IMG/VR virus record: IMGVR_UViG_3300031555_003626
Span: 128,001 to 192,000 of that record
DNA from: a virus
Taxonomy: Duplodnaviria; Caudoviricetes
DNA length: 64,000 nt
Direction: 5' to 3' (one strand)
The position numbers and the translations under genes are program-made. Below, one piece after another: positions 37,997-48,830 of this stretch (the stretch's first letter is position 1; every line of letters starts with the position of its first letter). The notes beneath the pieces were generated by a model. That model was not told the DNA's origin. It made no database searches and saw nothing but the letters and a program-made list of their open reading frames with translations.

Positions 37997-40981
37997 ATGG
38001 CAATGAATTATCAAAATTTCGCCTCTCTTGGCGTTAACTTAAATAGACAGAAATATGGTCCTCTGGATATTTCTAATGTATTTACTTCCGCTGCGGATTT
38101 AAAATACTACTTAACTAAGGGTACATTTACAGAGGGTGTATCCGAATATTGGTACAAGAACGCGAACGAAAAGATTGTTCCTTATCCTTATGAAGGTCAA
38201 GTTCTTGCTACCGTTATTGACGGTGTTGTTGAAGTATTCGTTCTTGCTCTTGATGCAGAAGGTAACTTCGAAACTCGTGAGATCGCAGGTAAGATTGAAG
38301 TAGACGGTACTACAATTGTTAAGGATGCCAATGGTAAGCTTTCTATCGTTGCTCCTGTTAATCCTGACTCTACTAAAACTTATAACTTCTCTTATGCAAA
38401 TGGAGTATACTCTTGGGTAGAAGTTGATACTGCTACTGCTGCTGGACAGGCACAGGCTATTGCAGGTCTTACTGATCGTACTGTAGCTCTTGAAACAACT
38501 GTTAATGGTAAAGCAGCTGTTGGTGAAGAGGGTGCTGAAGGTTATCAGCCCGCTGTTGTAGGTCTTGTAGACAAGGTTGCTGCTCTTGAAGCTGTTGACA
38601 ATGCTACTCAGGCTGAACTTGATGCTTACAAAGAAGTAGTTACTGCTGCTATTGCTGCTGGCGTTAAGGAAGCAAAAGACTATGCAGATGCTCAGGATGC
38701 TGACACTGTTTATGATGATACCGAACTTGCTGGTCGTGTATCTGCTATCGAGGCAGATTATCTAAAGACTGCTGATAAGTATGATGACACTGAACTTGCT
38801 GGTCGTGTAACTACTATCGAAAATGACTACCTAAAGAAGTCTGACGAGACTATCTATGATGATACTGCTCTTGCTGGTCGTGTAACAACCGTTGAAGGTA
38901 AGGTAGCAGACCTTGAAGATGCTGTTGCTGCTATTGATTATATCGATGCCGATGAGCTTGCTGATGCACTTGCTCCTATTAATGAGGCTCTTGGTACTAA
39001 GGCGGCACAGGCGGACTTAGAAACTCTTAAGGGCAGAGTTGATACTTTCTTTGAGGGTACCGGTGTTGAAAACGTAATTGATACTCTTGAAGACCTAATT
39101 AACTTCATTAATACTCATGATGACGTTGAAGTTTCTGGCATTCTTGCTAGTATTGAAGCTATCGAAGGTAAGCTTGCTGGTATTGATAGCACTGTTGCTG
39201 CTTATGTAACTGCTGCTATTGAGGCTCTTAAGATTGGTGATTATGCTAAGGCTGCAGATCTTACTGCTCTTGTAGATAGAGTTGCAGTTCTCGAGGCTAA
39301 GCCTTTCGATACTTATGCTACTAAGACAGAAGTTCAGGGCGTAGACGCTAAGTTTGCTGACTATACTACAACTTCTGACCTTAACACTCTTCTTGCTGAC
39401 AAGGCAGATGTAGATAGCGTAGTTGCTAATACTGCTTTTGAGACATTCAAGGGTGAAAATACTACTGCTATTGCTACCGCTAAGCAGGAAGCAATCGACG
39501 CTGCTAAGGCTGCTGAGGAAGCCAAGGGCTACGCTGTTGATGCAGATGTAAAAGCAACTTATGCAACTAAAGCAGAGCTTACAACTCATGAAGAGAGTAT
39601 TGCTAATGACCTTCTCGCTTATGCTAAGACAGCAGATGTAAATAAAGAACTTGCTAAGAAAGTTGAATCTGCTACAATTGTTCATGCTATTGCGGCTGAC
39701 CCTGATAATGGTATTGAGGCTATTCCTGAGGGTGTAACCAAAGACGGTGCTACTCTTAAGATTGTTGTTGATGCTCCTACAAGAGCTGAAACAACTCAAA
39801 TGATTGCTGATAAGGTTGCTGCTGTTACTGGTGGTGAATCTGCAGCAGCAGTTAAACTTCTTGTTGAGGCTGAAACTGAAAGATCTATTGCTAAAGACGA
39901 AGCTCATGATGCTGCTCTTGCAACTCTTCAGGGCGACGCGTCTAAAGCAGGCTCTGTAGCTGAAGCTAAGGCTCTTGCTCAGAAGGGTGTTGATGATGCT
40001 GCTGCTGTTGCTGCAAATCTCGTAACAGCTAATGCCGCTATTGCAGATAATGCTCGTGAAATCGGTGTTGCTAAAGATTCTATCAATACAGTTAATAATA
40101 CATTAACTGAGAAGATTACTGCTCTTGAAAATGCTGATACAAAGTTTACCGGTGATATTGCTTCTCTTCAAGGTATTGTAAGCGGTGAAGGTGGTCACGC
40201 TTCTCGTATTACAGCTCTTGAAGGTCGTGCAACAAATCTTGAAGCTAAGGATACTGAGCTTGCAGCTCTTATTCAGAGCAACACTGATAAATTTGCTGGC
40301 TATTACACTAAGGGCGAAGTTGACGCTGCTGTTATCACTTCCGGTGAAGTTGTTCGTGGTGCTGCCGATTCTATCACAATTGCTAATAATAAGATCACTG
40401 TAACTCTTAATAGCTATACTAAGGGTGAAGTTGATGATCTTCTTGCTAACCTTGACCAGACCGCTCTTGAGACAGGCATTGCTAATAATGCTTCTGATAT
40501 CGCAATTCTTGTTGGTGACGACAAAGATGCAGAGACGGGTAGAGCAGCTAAGTCTGTTAGAGCAATTGCTGCTGAGGAAGCAAAAGCTGAGGTTGCTGCT
40601 CTTGTAGGTGAGGCTCCCGATGCTCTCGACACTATCCATGAAATTGCTTCTTGGATTGAGAATGATACAACTGGCGCTGCAGCTATGAGCGCTGAAATTG
40701 CTGAGCACTCTGCAATTTTAAGTGGTTTCGGTGGTGAAGGCCAACCTGCTACGGTAGCTACTGCTATTGCTACTGCCAAGGCTGAGGCTATTGAAGCTGC
40801 TACATTTACTCTTGGAGTTGCTACTGCTGAAAAGCTTGGTGGTGTTAAATCCGCAAGTGGTGATAATAAAGTCGCTGTTGCTGAAGATGGCGTAATGAGC
40901 GTTGCTACTGTTAATGTAAGCACTCTCGCTCAGACTGCTGGCGATGTGCTTGTTCTCAATGGTGGCTCTGCAGCTGTCTAA
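37997..40981 (+). CDS. Long coiled-coil tail fibre protein
   Basis: 994 aa Ala-rich coiled coil, 3x YDDT(E/A)LAGRV, APDALDTI.EIA, AT..KLGGVK. Confidence 0.75.
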   Translation: MAMNYQNFASLGVNLNRQKYGPLDISNVFTSAADLKYYLTKGTFTEGVSEYWYKNANEKIVPYPYEGQVLATVIDGVVEVFVLALDAEGNFETREIAGKIEVDGTTIVKDANGKLSIVAPVNPDSTKTYNFSYANGVYSWVEVDTATAAGQAQAIAGLTDRTVALETTVNGKAAVGEEGAEGYQPAVVGLVDKVAALEAVDNATQAELDAYKEVVTAAIAAGVKEAKDYADAQDADTVYDDTELAGRVSAIEADYLKTADKYDDTELAGRVTTIENDYLKKSDETIYDDTALAGRVTTVEGKVADLEDAVAAIDYIDADELADALAPINEALGTKAAQADLETLKGRVDTFFEGTGVENVIDTLEDLINFINTHDDVEVSGILASIEAIEGKLAGIDSTVAAYVTAAIEALKIGDYAKAADLTALVDRVAVLEAKPFDTYATKTEVQGVDAKFADYTTTSDLNTLLADKADVDSVVANTAFETFKGENTTAIATAKQEAIDAAKAAEEAKGYAVDADVKATYATKAELTTHEESIANDLLAYAKTADVNKELAKKVESATIVHAIAADPDNGIEAIPEGVTKDGATLKIVVDAPTRAETTQMIADKVAAVTGGESAAAVKLLVEAETERSIAKDEAHDAALATLQGDASKAGSVAEAKALAQKGVDDAAAVAANLVTANAAIADNAREIGVAKDSINTVNNTLTEKITALENADTKFTGDIASLQGIVSGEGGHASRITALEGRATNLEAKDTELAALIQSNTDKFAGYYTKGEVDAAVITSGEVVRGAADSITIANNKITVTLNSYTKGEVDDLLANLDQTALETGIANNASDIAILVGDDKDAETGRAAKSVRAIAAEEAKAEVAALVGEAPDALDTIHEIASWIENDTTGAAAMSAEIAEHSAILSGFGGEGQPATVATAIATAKAEAIEAATFTLGVATAEKLGGVKSASGDNKVAVAEDGVMSVATVNVSTLAQTAGDVLVLNGGSAAV

Positions 40982-41089
40982 ATTATGTGCTAAATTAAAT
41001 AAGTGAGGTATGAAAAATTACCTCACTTATTGATGAAAATAAAATAATATTTGAAATTAAAATAAATTTTTATAAGGAGATTTTAAATT

Positions 41090-42865
41090 ATAGCTAATAC
41101 TACATTAAACATGCAACTTCTTCTTCGTAGAGATCAAGTGTTTACCTCCACTTATGTGCTCGCAGCAGGTGAACCTGGTTTTGAGATCAGCACTAATACT
41201 TTCAAAGTAGGTGATGGTACTAAGACCTGGGCTGAACTTCCTTTTGCTAATAAAGAGCAGATTGAGGTAATTCTTGAGAATTACTACACTAAATCAGAAG
41301 TAGATGCACTCGTTAAAGCAGTTGATGATAAGGTAGCTGCTCTTAATGATACTTATGCAACTGATACAGAGGTAGAAGGAATTAGAGCTGCTCTTCAAGG
41401 TGCTATTGATACTAAGCTCGCTGCTGAAACTTTCAATACTTATTCAGCATCTAGACAACTTACTGATACTGAAATTAATACTGCTATCGGTAACGTTGAT
41501 GCAAAGTTTGCTAGCTACAGAACTTCCGCTGATCAGGATGTAATCGATAATGGTATTAAAGGTAGATTGGATACTCTTGAAGCTAAGCCTTTCGATACCT
41601 ATGCTACTAAGACTGAAGTTCAAGAAGTTGCTGGAGACCTTAGTGACTATGAGACTTCTAATAACACCAGAGTAAAAGCAATTGAAGATGAAATCGATAC
41701 ATTTGGTGATATTGTAACTCATGATGCTACAGAGTTTGAGACTGCTGGAGCAGCTGCTGAAGCTGAAGGTAGAATCAATGAGACTCTCAAGAGCTATTAC
41801 ACTAAAACTGAAGCTGATGCAGCATTCACTACTCCTGCTGAAGTAATTGCAGAGGTTAATAAGGCACTCTCTGAAGTTTCTAGCGCTGATACTATTGAGA
41901 GTATAACAACCTTAGTTAATTATGTAAATGAAAATGCGGCTGACCTTACTGGTCTTATCACCGAAGTTTATGGTTCTGCTGAAATGACTGGTGACAGCAG
42001 ACTTGATACTATCGAAGCTAAAGCTGCTATGAGTATTACTGCCGATGATATCACTGCATGGAACGCTGAGAAGGGTGTTAAAGCAATTGTAGATGCTAAT
42101 AAAACTACATGGGATAAAGCAGGCACTGCACTTCAGGCTGCTGACCTTGCTGATTATGCTAAGACTGCAGATGTAGTTACTAATGATGAGTTCACTGCTT
42201 TTGAGGCTGCTAATACAGAAGTTATTGGTAAGAAGCTTGATAAGACTGCTTTTGATGCATTTAACAATGGTACCTCTAAAGATGTAGCTGCTATTGAGGC
42301 TGATATTGTAACTAAAGCGAATGCAGCTCAGAGTGCAGCTGAAGCTAAAGCTGCCGAGCTTGATACTGCTCTTCATAACACAATTTCTGGTGAAGTAGCT
42401 ACTGCTAAGCAGGAAGCGATTGATGCAGCTAAGGCTTACGCTGCTACTAAAGAGCAGGGAGATAAGATCGATAATTTAAGTAACGGTATTGCATATGATT
42501 CTGGATTCCTTAACTTAACTGCAAATGAAGTAACGGTAAATACTACTGCCTTTAGCTATAACGGCAAAGAAGTTGCTACTGTAGATGATGTAGCTGCTGT
42601 TGATGTTGGTGTAACTAAGATAACTGCTGGTACTGATATCGTTGTTACTCCTGCAGAAGGAACTGGTGAAGTTACTGTAAGTCATAAGGAATACAACACT
42701 GGTCTTCTTACTAAGGATCCTGATCAGCTTGATGAGGGCGATGCTTATGTATTCACTGGATTAACTCTTAACAATGGTCACGTTGAGAGTGGCTCCATGA
42801 AGAGCATTAAGGATATCCTTGAGGCAATGTCCTTCACTATTGATGGCGGTACATCTGCTAACTAA
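41090..42865 (+). CDS. Tail fibre protein with Mtd/hyaluronidase-type N-terminus (probable ATA start)
   Basis: AAGGAG RBS then ATA GCT AAT; GEPGFE...FKVGDG...W..LP; shares LEAKPFDTYATKTEVQ with 37997. Confidence 0.7.
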   Translation: MANTTLNMQLLLRRDQVFTSTYVLAAGEPGFEISTNTFKVGDGTKTWAELPFANKEQIEVILENYYTKSEVDALVKAVDDKVAALNDTYATDTEVEGIRAALQGAIDTKLAAETFNTYSASRQLTDTEINTAIGNVDAKFASYRTSADQDVIDNGIKGRLDTLEAKPFDTYATKTEVQEVAGDLSDYETSNNTRVKAIEDEIDTFGDIVTHDATEFETAGAAAEAEGRINETLKSYYTKTEADAAFTTPAEVIAEVNKALSEVSSADTIESITTLVNYVNENAADLTGLITEVYGSAEMTGDSRLDTIEAKAAMSITADDITAWNAEKGVKAIVDANKTTWDKAGTALQAADLADYAKTADVVTNDEFTAFEAANTEVIGKKLDKTAFDAFNNGTSKDVAAIEADIVTKANAAQSAAEAKAAELDTALHNTISGEVATAKQEAIDAAKAYAATKEQGDKIDNLSNGIAYDSGFLNLTANEVTVNTTAFSYNGKEVATVDDVAAVDVGVTKITAGTDIVVTPAEGTGEVTVSHKEYNTGLLTKDPDQLDEGDAYVFTGLTLNNGHVESGSMKSIKDILEAMSFTIDGGTSAN

Positions 42866-43006
42866 TATTGTATAATTAAATAGAAACAGGTAAGGTTGGA
42901 ATTGATACTTTACCTATTCTCCAAAAATTTGGAACTGATAATTTTAAAGGAGAAAAGCATTAAAGGTTATTTAAAGCTAATTTCCTGAAAAATTAACTAA
43001 TAAGCG

Positions 43007-43044
43007 GATAAGCTGGTTCCAAAAAGGGCCAGCTTATCTTTTTT
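43007..43044 (+). terminator. Rho-independent terminator
   Basis: gataagctggttc / gggccagcttatc stem plus T tract. Confidence 0.65.
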
Positions 43045-43071
43045 AATAACTATATAAGGAGGACTATAAAA

Positions 43072-44373
43072 TTGGCTAATAATAATGTCAATAATAAAGT
43101 CGATTTAAAGGTTAGTTCAATAGTTCAAAAGCATGATATTGAAGTTAACTGGAATAAAGCAACTACATTTATTCCTAATAAAGGTCAAATAATTGTTTAT
43201 GACATTGAAGTTGATGAAAATAATAATACTCTAGCACTTCCAGAAGGTCGCACTAATCCTTACACATATGAACGGTTTAAGATAGGTGATGGGATACATG
43301 ATGTAACGAATCTACCCTTCGTTAGTAATGTTGAGCGCGGTGAAGGAAAAGGTACTATTCAGCAAGTAGCAGATAAGGTTTCTGATGGGTTTGATTTCAC
43401 AGGAAAAAATCCTCATGCAACAGAACTTGACGGCACTTTAACAGGTAGTATTACATATGGAGCTACAGGTGACTATGCTACTGCATTTGGTGGTAAATCT
43501 TCCGCTCAAGGAAAACGTTCAATGGCAGTAGGTACAACTACTATTGCAAAAGGAAATTACTCATTTGCAGCAGGTGATAATTCAGTAGCATTAGGAAATG
43601 ATTCAGCAGTATTCGGCTATCAAAACACTGCAGCAGGTCAAGCATCTTTGGCAGCAGGTTCTGGAACTCAATCAAAAGGTAACGCGTCTACTTCGTTAGG
43701 TAGAGATACAGTCGCTGAAGGTGATTATTCTTTAGCTGCTGGTTTTGAGAGTAAGGCAAAACATTTTGGCTCTACTGCTTTAGGTAAAGGGCTAGAAACA
43801 GCGGCCGATGATCAGGTGGTTATTGGTAGATATAATGATACTGGTTTTACTTATCATGATACTCATGGAACACCAATATTTACTGTAGGCTGCGGACGAT
43901 CTGATGAATGGGGTAGTTATCGTAGAAATGCTTTTACAATCGCCAGTGATGGCACTATGTTTGTAGGAGATTATCCATATACAGATAAAAGTAATCATAT
44001 TGGCTCGCTCTATGAAAATAAGGAATATGTTTGGCCTGAAGCTGAAGTACGAGATGAAAACAATGGTTGGGTAAGGCATTTAGGCACTCATGTACCGATT
44101 CAAAGCGTTACTGATAATGATGTAAATTATAGCTCTCTCACCGTTGCAAAATCATGGGCAGGTGCTGATACTATTGTTCAGCGTAATGATAAGGGTCAAA
44201 TCATAGTTACAGATCCTACTGAAGATACGCATGCAGCCACTAAGGCATATGTTGATAATGAAATAGCTAATATTGATATTCCAAAAATAGATTTATCTAA
44301 TTATGCTACTGTAGAATATGTTAACAGTAAAGTTAGCGGATTGGATTCTGATTTCTTTAATTCTTTATATTAA
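43072..44373 (+). CDS. Tail fibre/receptor-binding protein with YadA-head-like repeats
   Basis: KIGDG N-terminal domain; 14-aa A.G..S.A.G repeats; HAATKAYVD. Confidence 0.7.
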   Translation: MANNNVNNKVDLKVSSIVQKHDIEVNWNKATTFIPNKGQIIVYDIEVDENNNTLALPEGRTNPYTYERFKIGDGIHDVTNLPFVSNVERGEGKGTIQQVADKVSDGFDFTGKNPHATELDGTLTGSITYGATGDYATAFGGKSSAQGKRSMAVGTTTIAKGNYSFAAGDNSVALGNDSAVFGYQNTAAGQASLAAGSGTQSKGNASTSLGRDTVAEGDYSLAAGFESKAKHFGSTALGKGLETAADDQVVIGRYNDTGFTYHDTHGTPIFTVGCGRSDEWGSYRRNAFTIASDGTMFVGDYPYTDKSNHIGSLYENKEYVWPEAEVRDENNGWVRHLGTHVPIQSVTDNDVNYSSLTVAKSWAGADTIVQRNDKGQIIVTDPTEDTHAATKAYVDNEIANIDIPKIDLSNYATVEYVNSKVSGLDSDFFNSLY

Positions 44374-44384
44374 TAGGAGGAAAT

Positions 44385-44603
44385 ATGGAAAATAAAATTA
44401 TAACAGCCGAGGAAGGCAAAGTTTTTAGAAGAATTGCCGATGGTCAAATTTACGGAAAAGAGATTTCTTTAGGTTACTCTTATTATATTAATGGAATTAG
44501 ACTTGCTGAACCACATTTAGACATTCCAGAAGATTTTGAACAAATTGATGAGCCTATTATAGAATATCAAGAAGAAATATCAGATGAAGGAGATACTGAA
44601 TAA
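44385..44603 (+). CDS. Small tail fibre-associated protein
   Basis: ITAEEGKVFRR...I.LG...PEDFEQID. Confidence 0.6.
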   Translation: MENKIITAEEGKVFRRIADGQIYGKEISLGYSYYINGIRLAEPHLDIPEDFEQIDEPIIEYQEEISDEGDTE

Positions 44604-47600
44604 TGGCTTATGAATTAACTTATTCATTAATAAATAATAAAACAGAATATGAAATATCTGGATATACGGGCACTCCTGATGTTGTTGATATTCCTAGTAC
44701 ATATAATGGAAAATCTGTAACCTCAATCGGCTCTGATGCGTTCTATGAATGCACAAGCCTTACGAGCGTTGTTATCCCTGACAGCGTAACCTCAATCAAG
44801 CAGGCTGCGTTCATGCATTGCACGAGTCTTACAAGCATTACAATCCCTGATAGTGTAACCTCAATCGGCGGTTTTGTATTCTCTGGATGCACGAGCCTTA
44901 AATATAATGAATATGACAATGCTTATTATCTCGGTAATAAAAATAACCTGTACAGATGGTTGATAGAAGCGAAAAATACAAGTATAACTTCTGTTAATAT
45001 TCATGAGAATACTAAATTTATCGGCTATGATGCGTTCGAATACTGCAGGAGCCTTACGAGTGTGACTATTCCTGACAGTGTAACTAGCATCGGTTCTGAT
45101 GCGTTCTATTATTGCGACAGCCTTACGAGTGTTACAATCCCTGACAGTGTAACCACAATCGGCTCTAATGTGTTCGCTTATTGCACTAGCCTTACGAGCG
45201 TGACTATCAGTAATAGTCTAACCTCAATCGGTAGTTCTATGTTCAAACATTGTGACAAGCTTACGAGCGTAACTATCCCCGATAGTGTAACCACAATCAG
45301 CTCTTCTGCGTTCTTGGATTGCACGAGCCTTACAAGCGTAACTATCCCCAATAATGTAACCTCAATCGGCAATTATGTGTTCGATAATTGCACGAGCCTA
45401 AAATACAATGAATATGACAATGCTTATTATCTCGGTAACAAAAATAACCCTTACGTATTGTTAATAAAAGCGAAGAATAAAAGTATAACTTCTGTTAACA
45501 TTCATGATAATACTAAAATTATCTATGCTTCTGCATTCTCAGGTTGCATAAGCCTTAAGAGCATTACAATCCCTGATAATGTAAACTCAATCTGTGATTA
45601 TGCGTTCGAATTTTGCACAAAACTTAAGAGCGTAAATATTCCTGATAGTGTAACCACCATTGGCAATCGCGCGTTCTCTGATTGCGATAGCCTTAACGCA
45701 GTATATATCACCGACCTTGTCGCTTGGTATAATATAAGCTTTGGTAGTTATCTTGCAAATCCTCTTAATTGCGCAAATAATCTTTATCTCAACGGACAGC
45801 TTGTAACTGAGGTTGTAATTCCCGAAGGTATAACATCTATCAACTCTTCTGTGTTCTATAATTGCACAAGCCTTATGAAAGTGACTATCCCCAACAGTGT
45901 CACTATCATTAACACTTATGCCTTCTCAGGTTGCACGAACCTTATGAGTGTGACTTTACTAAGTACAACTCCGCCTTCATTAAGTTCCAATAGTTTTAAT
46001 AATATATCTGAAGATGTTAAATTCTATTGTGTTTCTTCAGTATTAGATACATATAAAACATCTACTAACTGGAATACTTATGCAGATAATTTTGTAACAG
46101 ATGACTTAAGATTATATTTCATTATGAATGCAAACTCTCAGAAGAATTATGTTAGAAATTATGTTGATTTAAAAGCATCTAAGTATGATGGTAGCGGAGA
46201 AAATTCTATTGTTGTTGGTGAAGGTTCAAATGCTATTGGAGGATCTTCTACTGCATTAGGATATTATGTTACTAGTGGCGCTAAAGCTTATGATTTTGAT
46301 ATTACAAAATCTTTAGATTATGCTGAAAACCAACCAGAAGAAGATATTACAAATAATGTAGGACGTTATTACTTAACAAGTAATGAAGGATTAACAGATC
46401 TTGCAGCAGGAGATGTATATTCAGTAATCCTTAGCGGTAACTGGGATTTCCAAGGAACTATTGCAGGTTATAACGATGATATTAATGACTGCTATATTAT
46501 AGTAGATAATTATATAAAGCCAACAGCTACTGATTATTATCTAAAAGATGAGAATGGTAATGATATCAAATATCGTAATACAAAAGTTACTACAAGCTCT
46601 TATATATTAATTGTAGACAAACCCTTAATTGGAAACAAAGTAATTGGAACAGGTACAGTTGCTTTAGGTTATTCAAACAAGGCAGAAGGTGTTTGTTCTG
46701 CTAGTATGGGTTATAATAACACTAGCGCAGGTAAATATAGCTTCAGTGCTGGACGAGACAATAAAGCTGGATACTGTGCTGCAGTATTTGGGCAACAATC
46801 AGAAGCATTAGGACACAATAGCTTTGCAAGTGGTGTACGTGCAAAAGCTCATGCTCATTACAGCTCAGCAATTGGTTATAATAATACTATTCAAAGTGGT
46901 GCTACTTATGGTGTTTGTCTTGGTACAGGACTTGTTGTGACAGACGAAGCACAAACAGTTGTTGGTAGATATAATAAAGAAGCCGACTCTAAAGGTTGTG
47001 TATTTGTAGTAGGCGGTGGCGAAGGTACTGGAGGCAGATCTAAAACTGCTTTATCTGTAACGCCTGCTGGAGATCTCAAAATAGCTGGTAGCTTTACAAA
47101 CAATGGAGATGCCCAAATTAAAGGTACTTTCAACGCTATGGATCAATTAGTGGTTGAACAGGGCATCACTACTTTAACAGATGCAGGACAGTTAAATGTG
47201 AATGGAGCTACTATTTTAAATGGCACTTTAACTGCAAATAATATAGTAACGATTGAAGGTAATACAACTTTAAATGGTACTATAACTGCTAATGGCTATT
47301 TAAATGCTGAAAGTGGTGCAACTCTAAAAGGTACAACTAATATAAATGGTACTCTTGTAGTATCTGGAGAGATAACGACAGGTGGTAAAAAAGTATATCG
47401 TATTCCAACTACTGGTGATTTAAAAAATACAGCTGCTTCAATGATTTTAGGAACAAGGCCTTTAAAAGATAGTGAAGGCAATGTTACTGGTTATGCAGAA
47501 AGTTACTTCAGTGTAGCCGCTAGTGGTACTAGTTCAAATTCTATTGCACAACGTGATAGCACAGGCTGTATACGAGTTGCTGAGCCTACTTTATCTAATC

Positions 47601-47662
47601 ATACTGCGACAAAGAAGTATGTTGATGATTTAATTAAATCAGCACTAAGTAAGAGTTATTAA
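44603..47662 (+). CDS. BspA-type leucine-rich repeat (LRR_5) protein fused to YadA-like fibre region
   Basis: Many LTSVTIPDSVTSIG..AF..C repeats, then A.G..S.A.G repeats, ATKKYVD. Confidence 0.8.
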   Translation: MAYELTYSLINNKTEYEISGYTGTPDVVDIPSTYNGKSVTSIGSDAFYECTSLTSVVIPDSVTSIKQAAFMHCTSLTSITIPDSVTSIGGFVFSGCTSLKYNEYDNAYYLGNKNNLYRWLIEAKNTSITSVNIHENTKFIGYDAFEYCRSLTSVTIPDSVTSIGSDAFYYCDSLTSVTIPDSVTTIGSNVFAYCTSLTSVTISNSLTSIGSSMFKHCDKLTSVTIPDSVTTISSSAFLDCTSLTSVTIPNNVTSIGNYVFDNCTSLKYNEYDNAYYLGNKNNPYVLLIKAKNKSITSVNIHDNTKIIYASAFSGCISLKSITIPDNVNSICDYAFEFCTKLKSVNIPDSVTTIGNRAFSDCDSLNAVYITDLVAWYNISFGSYLANPLNCANNLYLNGQLVTEVVIPEGITSINSSVFYNCTSLMKVTIPNSVTIINTYAFSGCTNLMSVTLLSTTPPSLSSNSFNNISEDVKFYCVSSVLDTYKTSTNWNTYADNFVTDDLRLYFIMNANSQKNYVRNYVDLKASKYDGSGENSIVVGEGSNAIGGSSTALGYYVTSGAKAYDFDITKSLDYAENQPEEDITNNVGRYYLTSNEGLTDLAAGDVYSVILSGNWDFQGTIAGYNDDINDCYIIVDNYIKPTATDYYLKDENGNDIKYRNTKVTTSSYILIVDKPLIGNKVIGTGTVALGYSNKAEGVCSASMGYNNTSAGKYSFSAGRDNKAGYCAAVFGQQSEALGHNSFASGVRAKAHAHYSSAIGYNNTIQSGATYGVCLGTGLVVTDEAQTVVGRYNKEADSKGCVFVVGGGEGTGGRSKTALSVTPAGDLKIAGSFTNNGDAQIKGTFNAMDQLVVEQGITTLTDAGQLNVNGATILNGTLTANNIVTIEGNTTLNGTITANGYLNAESGATLKGTTNINGTLVVSGEITTGGKKVYRIPTTGDLKNTAASMILGTRPLKDSEGNVTGYAESYFSVAASGTSSNSIAQRDSTGCIRVAEPTLSNHTATKKYVDDLIKSALSKSY

Positions 47663-47680
47663 GATGAAAGGAAACAACAT

Positions 47681-48646
47681 ATGGCTAAAAATGATAACTT
47701 ATCAGATTTCTTTACAGAAATAATTGAAGTTATTCATAATAAAGGGGTAACTCAAAAGATTTATCCATATCAGATTCCTGATGCAATTCGTAAATGTAAA
47801 GATTCAAGTTATGAAATATTGGAGGATGACAGTAAAATGTTTCCTCCAATAGAGGATTTATTACAGGATATTGCAAACATTTTAAAGAATATCTTAGGTA
47901 TTTCTGGAGAAATAAATGCACAAGATTATGCTAGTGTAATATCAGGCATTGCATCTTCTTACACACTTACTTTTACGAATGCATGTGAAGGTATGTATTT
48001 ATCTGTTAATGGTACTCGTTATACTGATAATGCTGTGATAGATGTATCAGCAGACGACTATATTGCAGTAGGAGCTATAGATACTAGTAATGCTTACAAT
48101 GCATCATTGTTCCAAGCTTGTAATATAGATGTGGATGGGGGCTTATTAGCTAATGGTGGAGAGTATACCGAGTATGAACTAGGTGAATATAGAGAAAGCG
48201 GTGGAGCTCTACAAGTAGAAACAACTTATGTTCAAACATATACTAGTTTTTATGTTGAAGGCGACTGCTCAATTACACTTACACCTAAAGAAAAAAATAC
48301 TGTTACTATAAATTATCCTACAGGTTGTCCAGACAGCTTACGTATTTATGCTCATACTGCAGCTGATCCAAAATATTCTGATTGGCATATCTTTGTAGAT
48401 ACTGTAAATAATAATTCTTATGGTTCAGGTAGCTCTAGTTATGCTTTCAATAGTGATGATAATTTTATAACTATTTTAAGTAATGCTTACTGGCAACCAG
48501 TAGATAGTATTATCGATTCAATATATGGGTTGGATTTAGTTTATATAAGAGCTCATGTTGATTCTGGTAATGGAGAGATACAAGATATAATGGAACGCAC
48601 ATACAGAATAACACAGACTGATGTAGTAATTAATCTAACTAATTAA
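47681..48646 (+). CDS. Putative structural protein
   Basis: Duplicated N-terminal helical motif (I...I...I.PYQIPDAI / IA..L...INAQDYA..I), beta-rich C-terminus. Confidence 0.6.
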   Translation: MAKNDNLSDFFTEIIEVIHNKGVTQKIYPYQIPDAIRKCKDSSYEILEDDSKMFPPIEDLLQDIANILKNILGISGEINAQDYASVISGIASSYTLTFTNACEGMYLSVNGTRYTDNAVIDVSADDYIAVGAIDTSNAYNASLFQACNIDVDGGLLANGGEYTEYELGEYRESGGALQVETTYVQTYTSFYVEGDCSITLTPKEKNTVTINYPTGCPDSLRIYAHTAADPKYSDWHIFVDTVNNNSYGSGSSSYAFNSDDNFITILSNAYWQPVDSIIDSIYGLDLVYIRAHVDSGNGEIQDIMERTYRITQTDVVINLTN

Positions 48647-48830
48647 ATAAAATAAAGCTCAGGCTAGATTTATTAAAAATATCTCCAGTCTGAGTTTTAT
48701 TTTTATGCATGTTAAATTCTTTATTTGCTAAATTAATTAGAGATCAAAAGCTAATCAAAATTTAAATATGAGATAGATAGCTAATTTTCATATTTATAAC
48801 TAAAAGATATTTTATTGAAAGGAATTTATT

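Noticed and set aside
39095-42376. Several long Ser-rich minus-strand ORFs
   Set aside because: Antisense to GCT/ACT-rich tail fibre codons; compositional artefact
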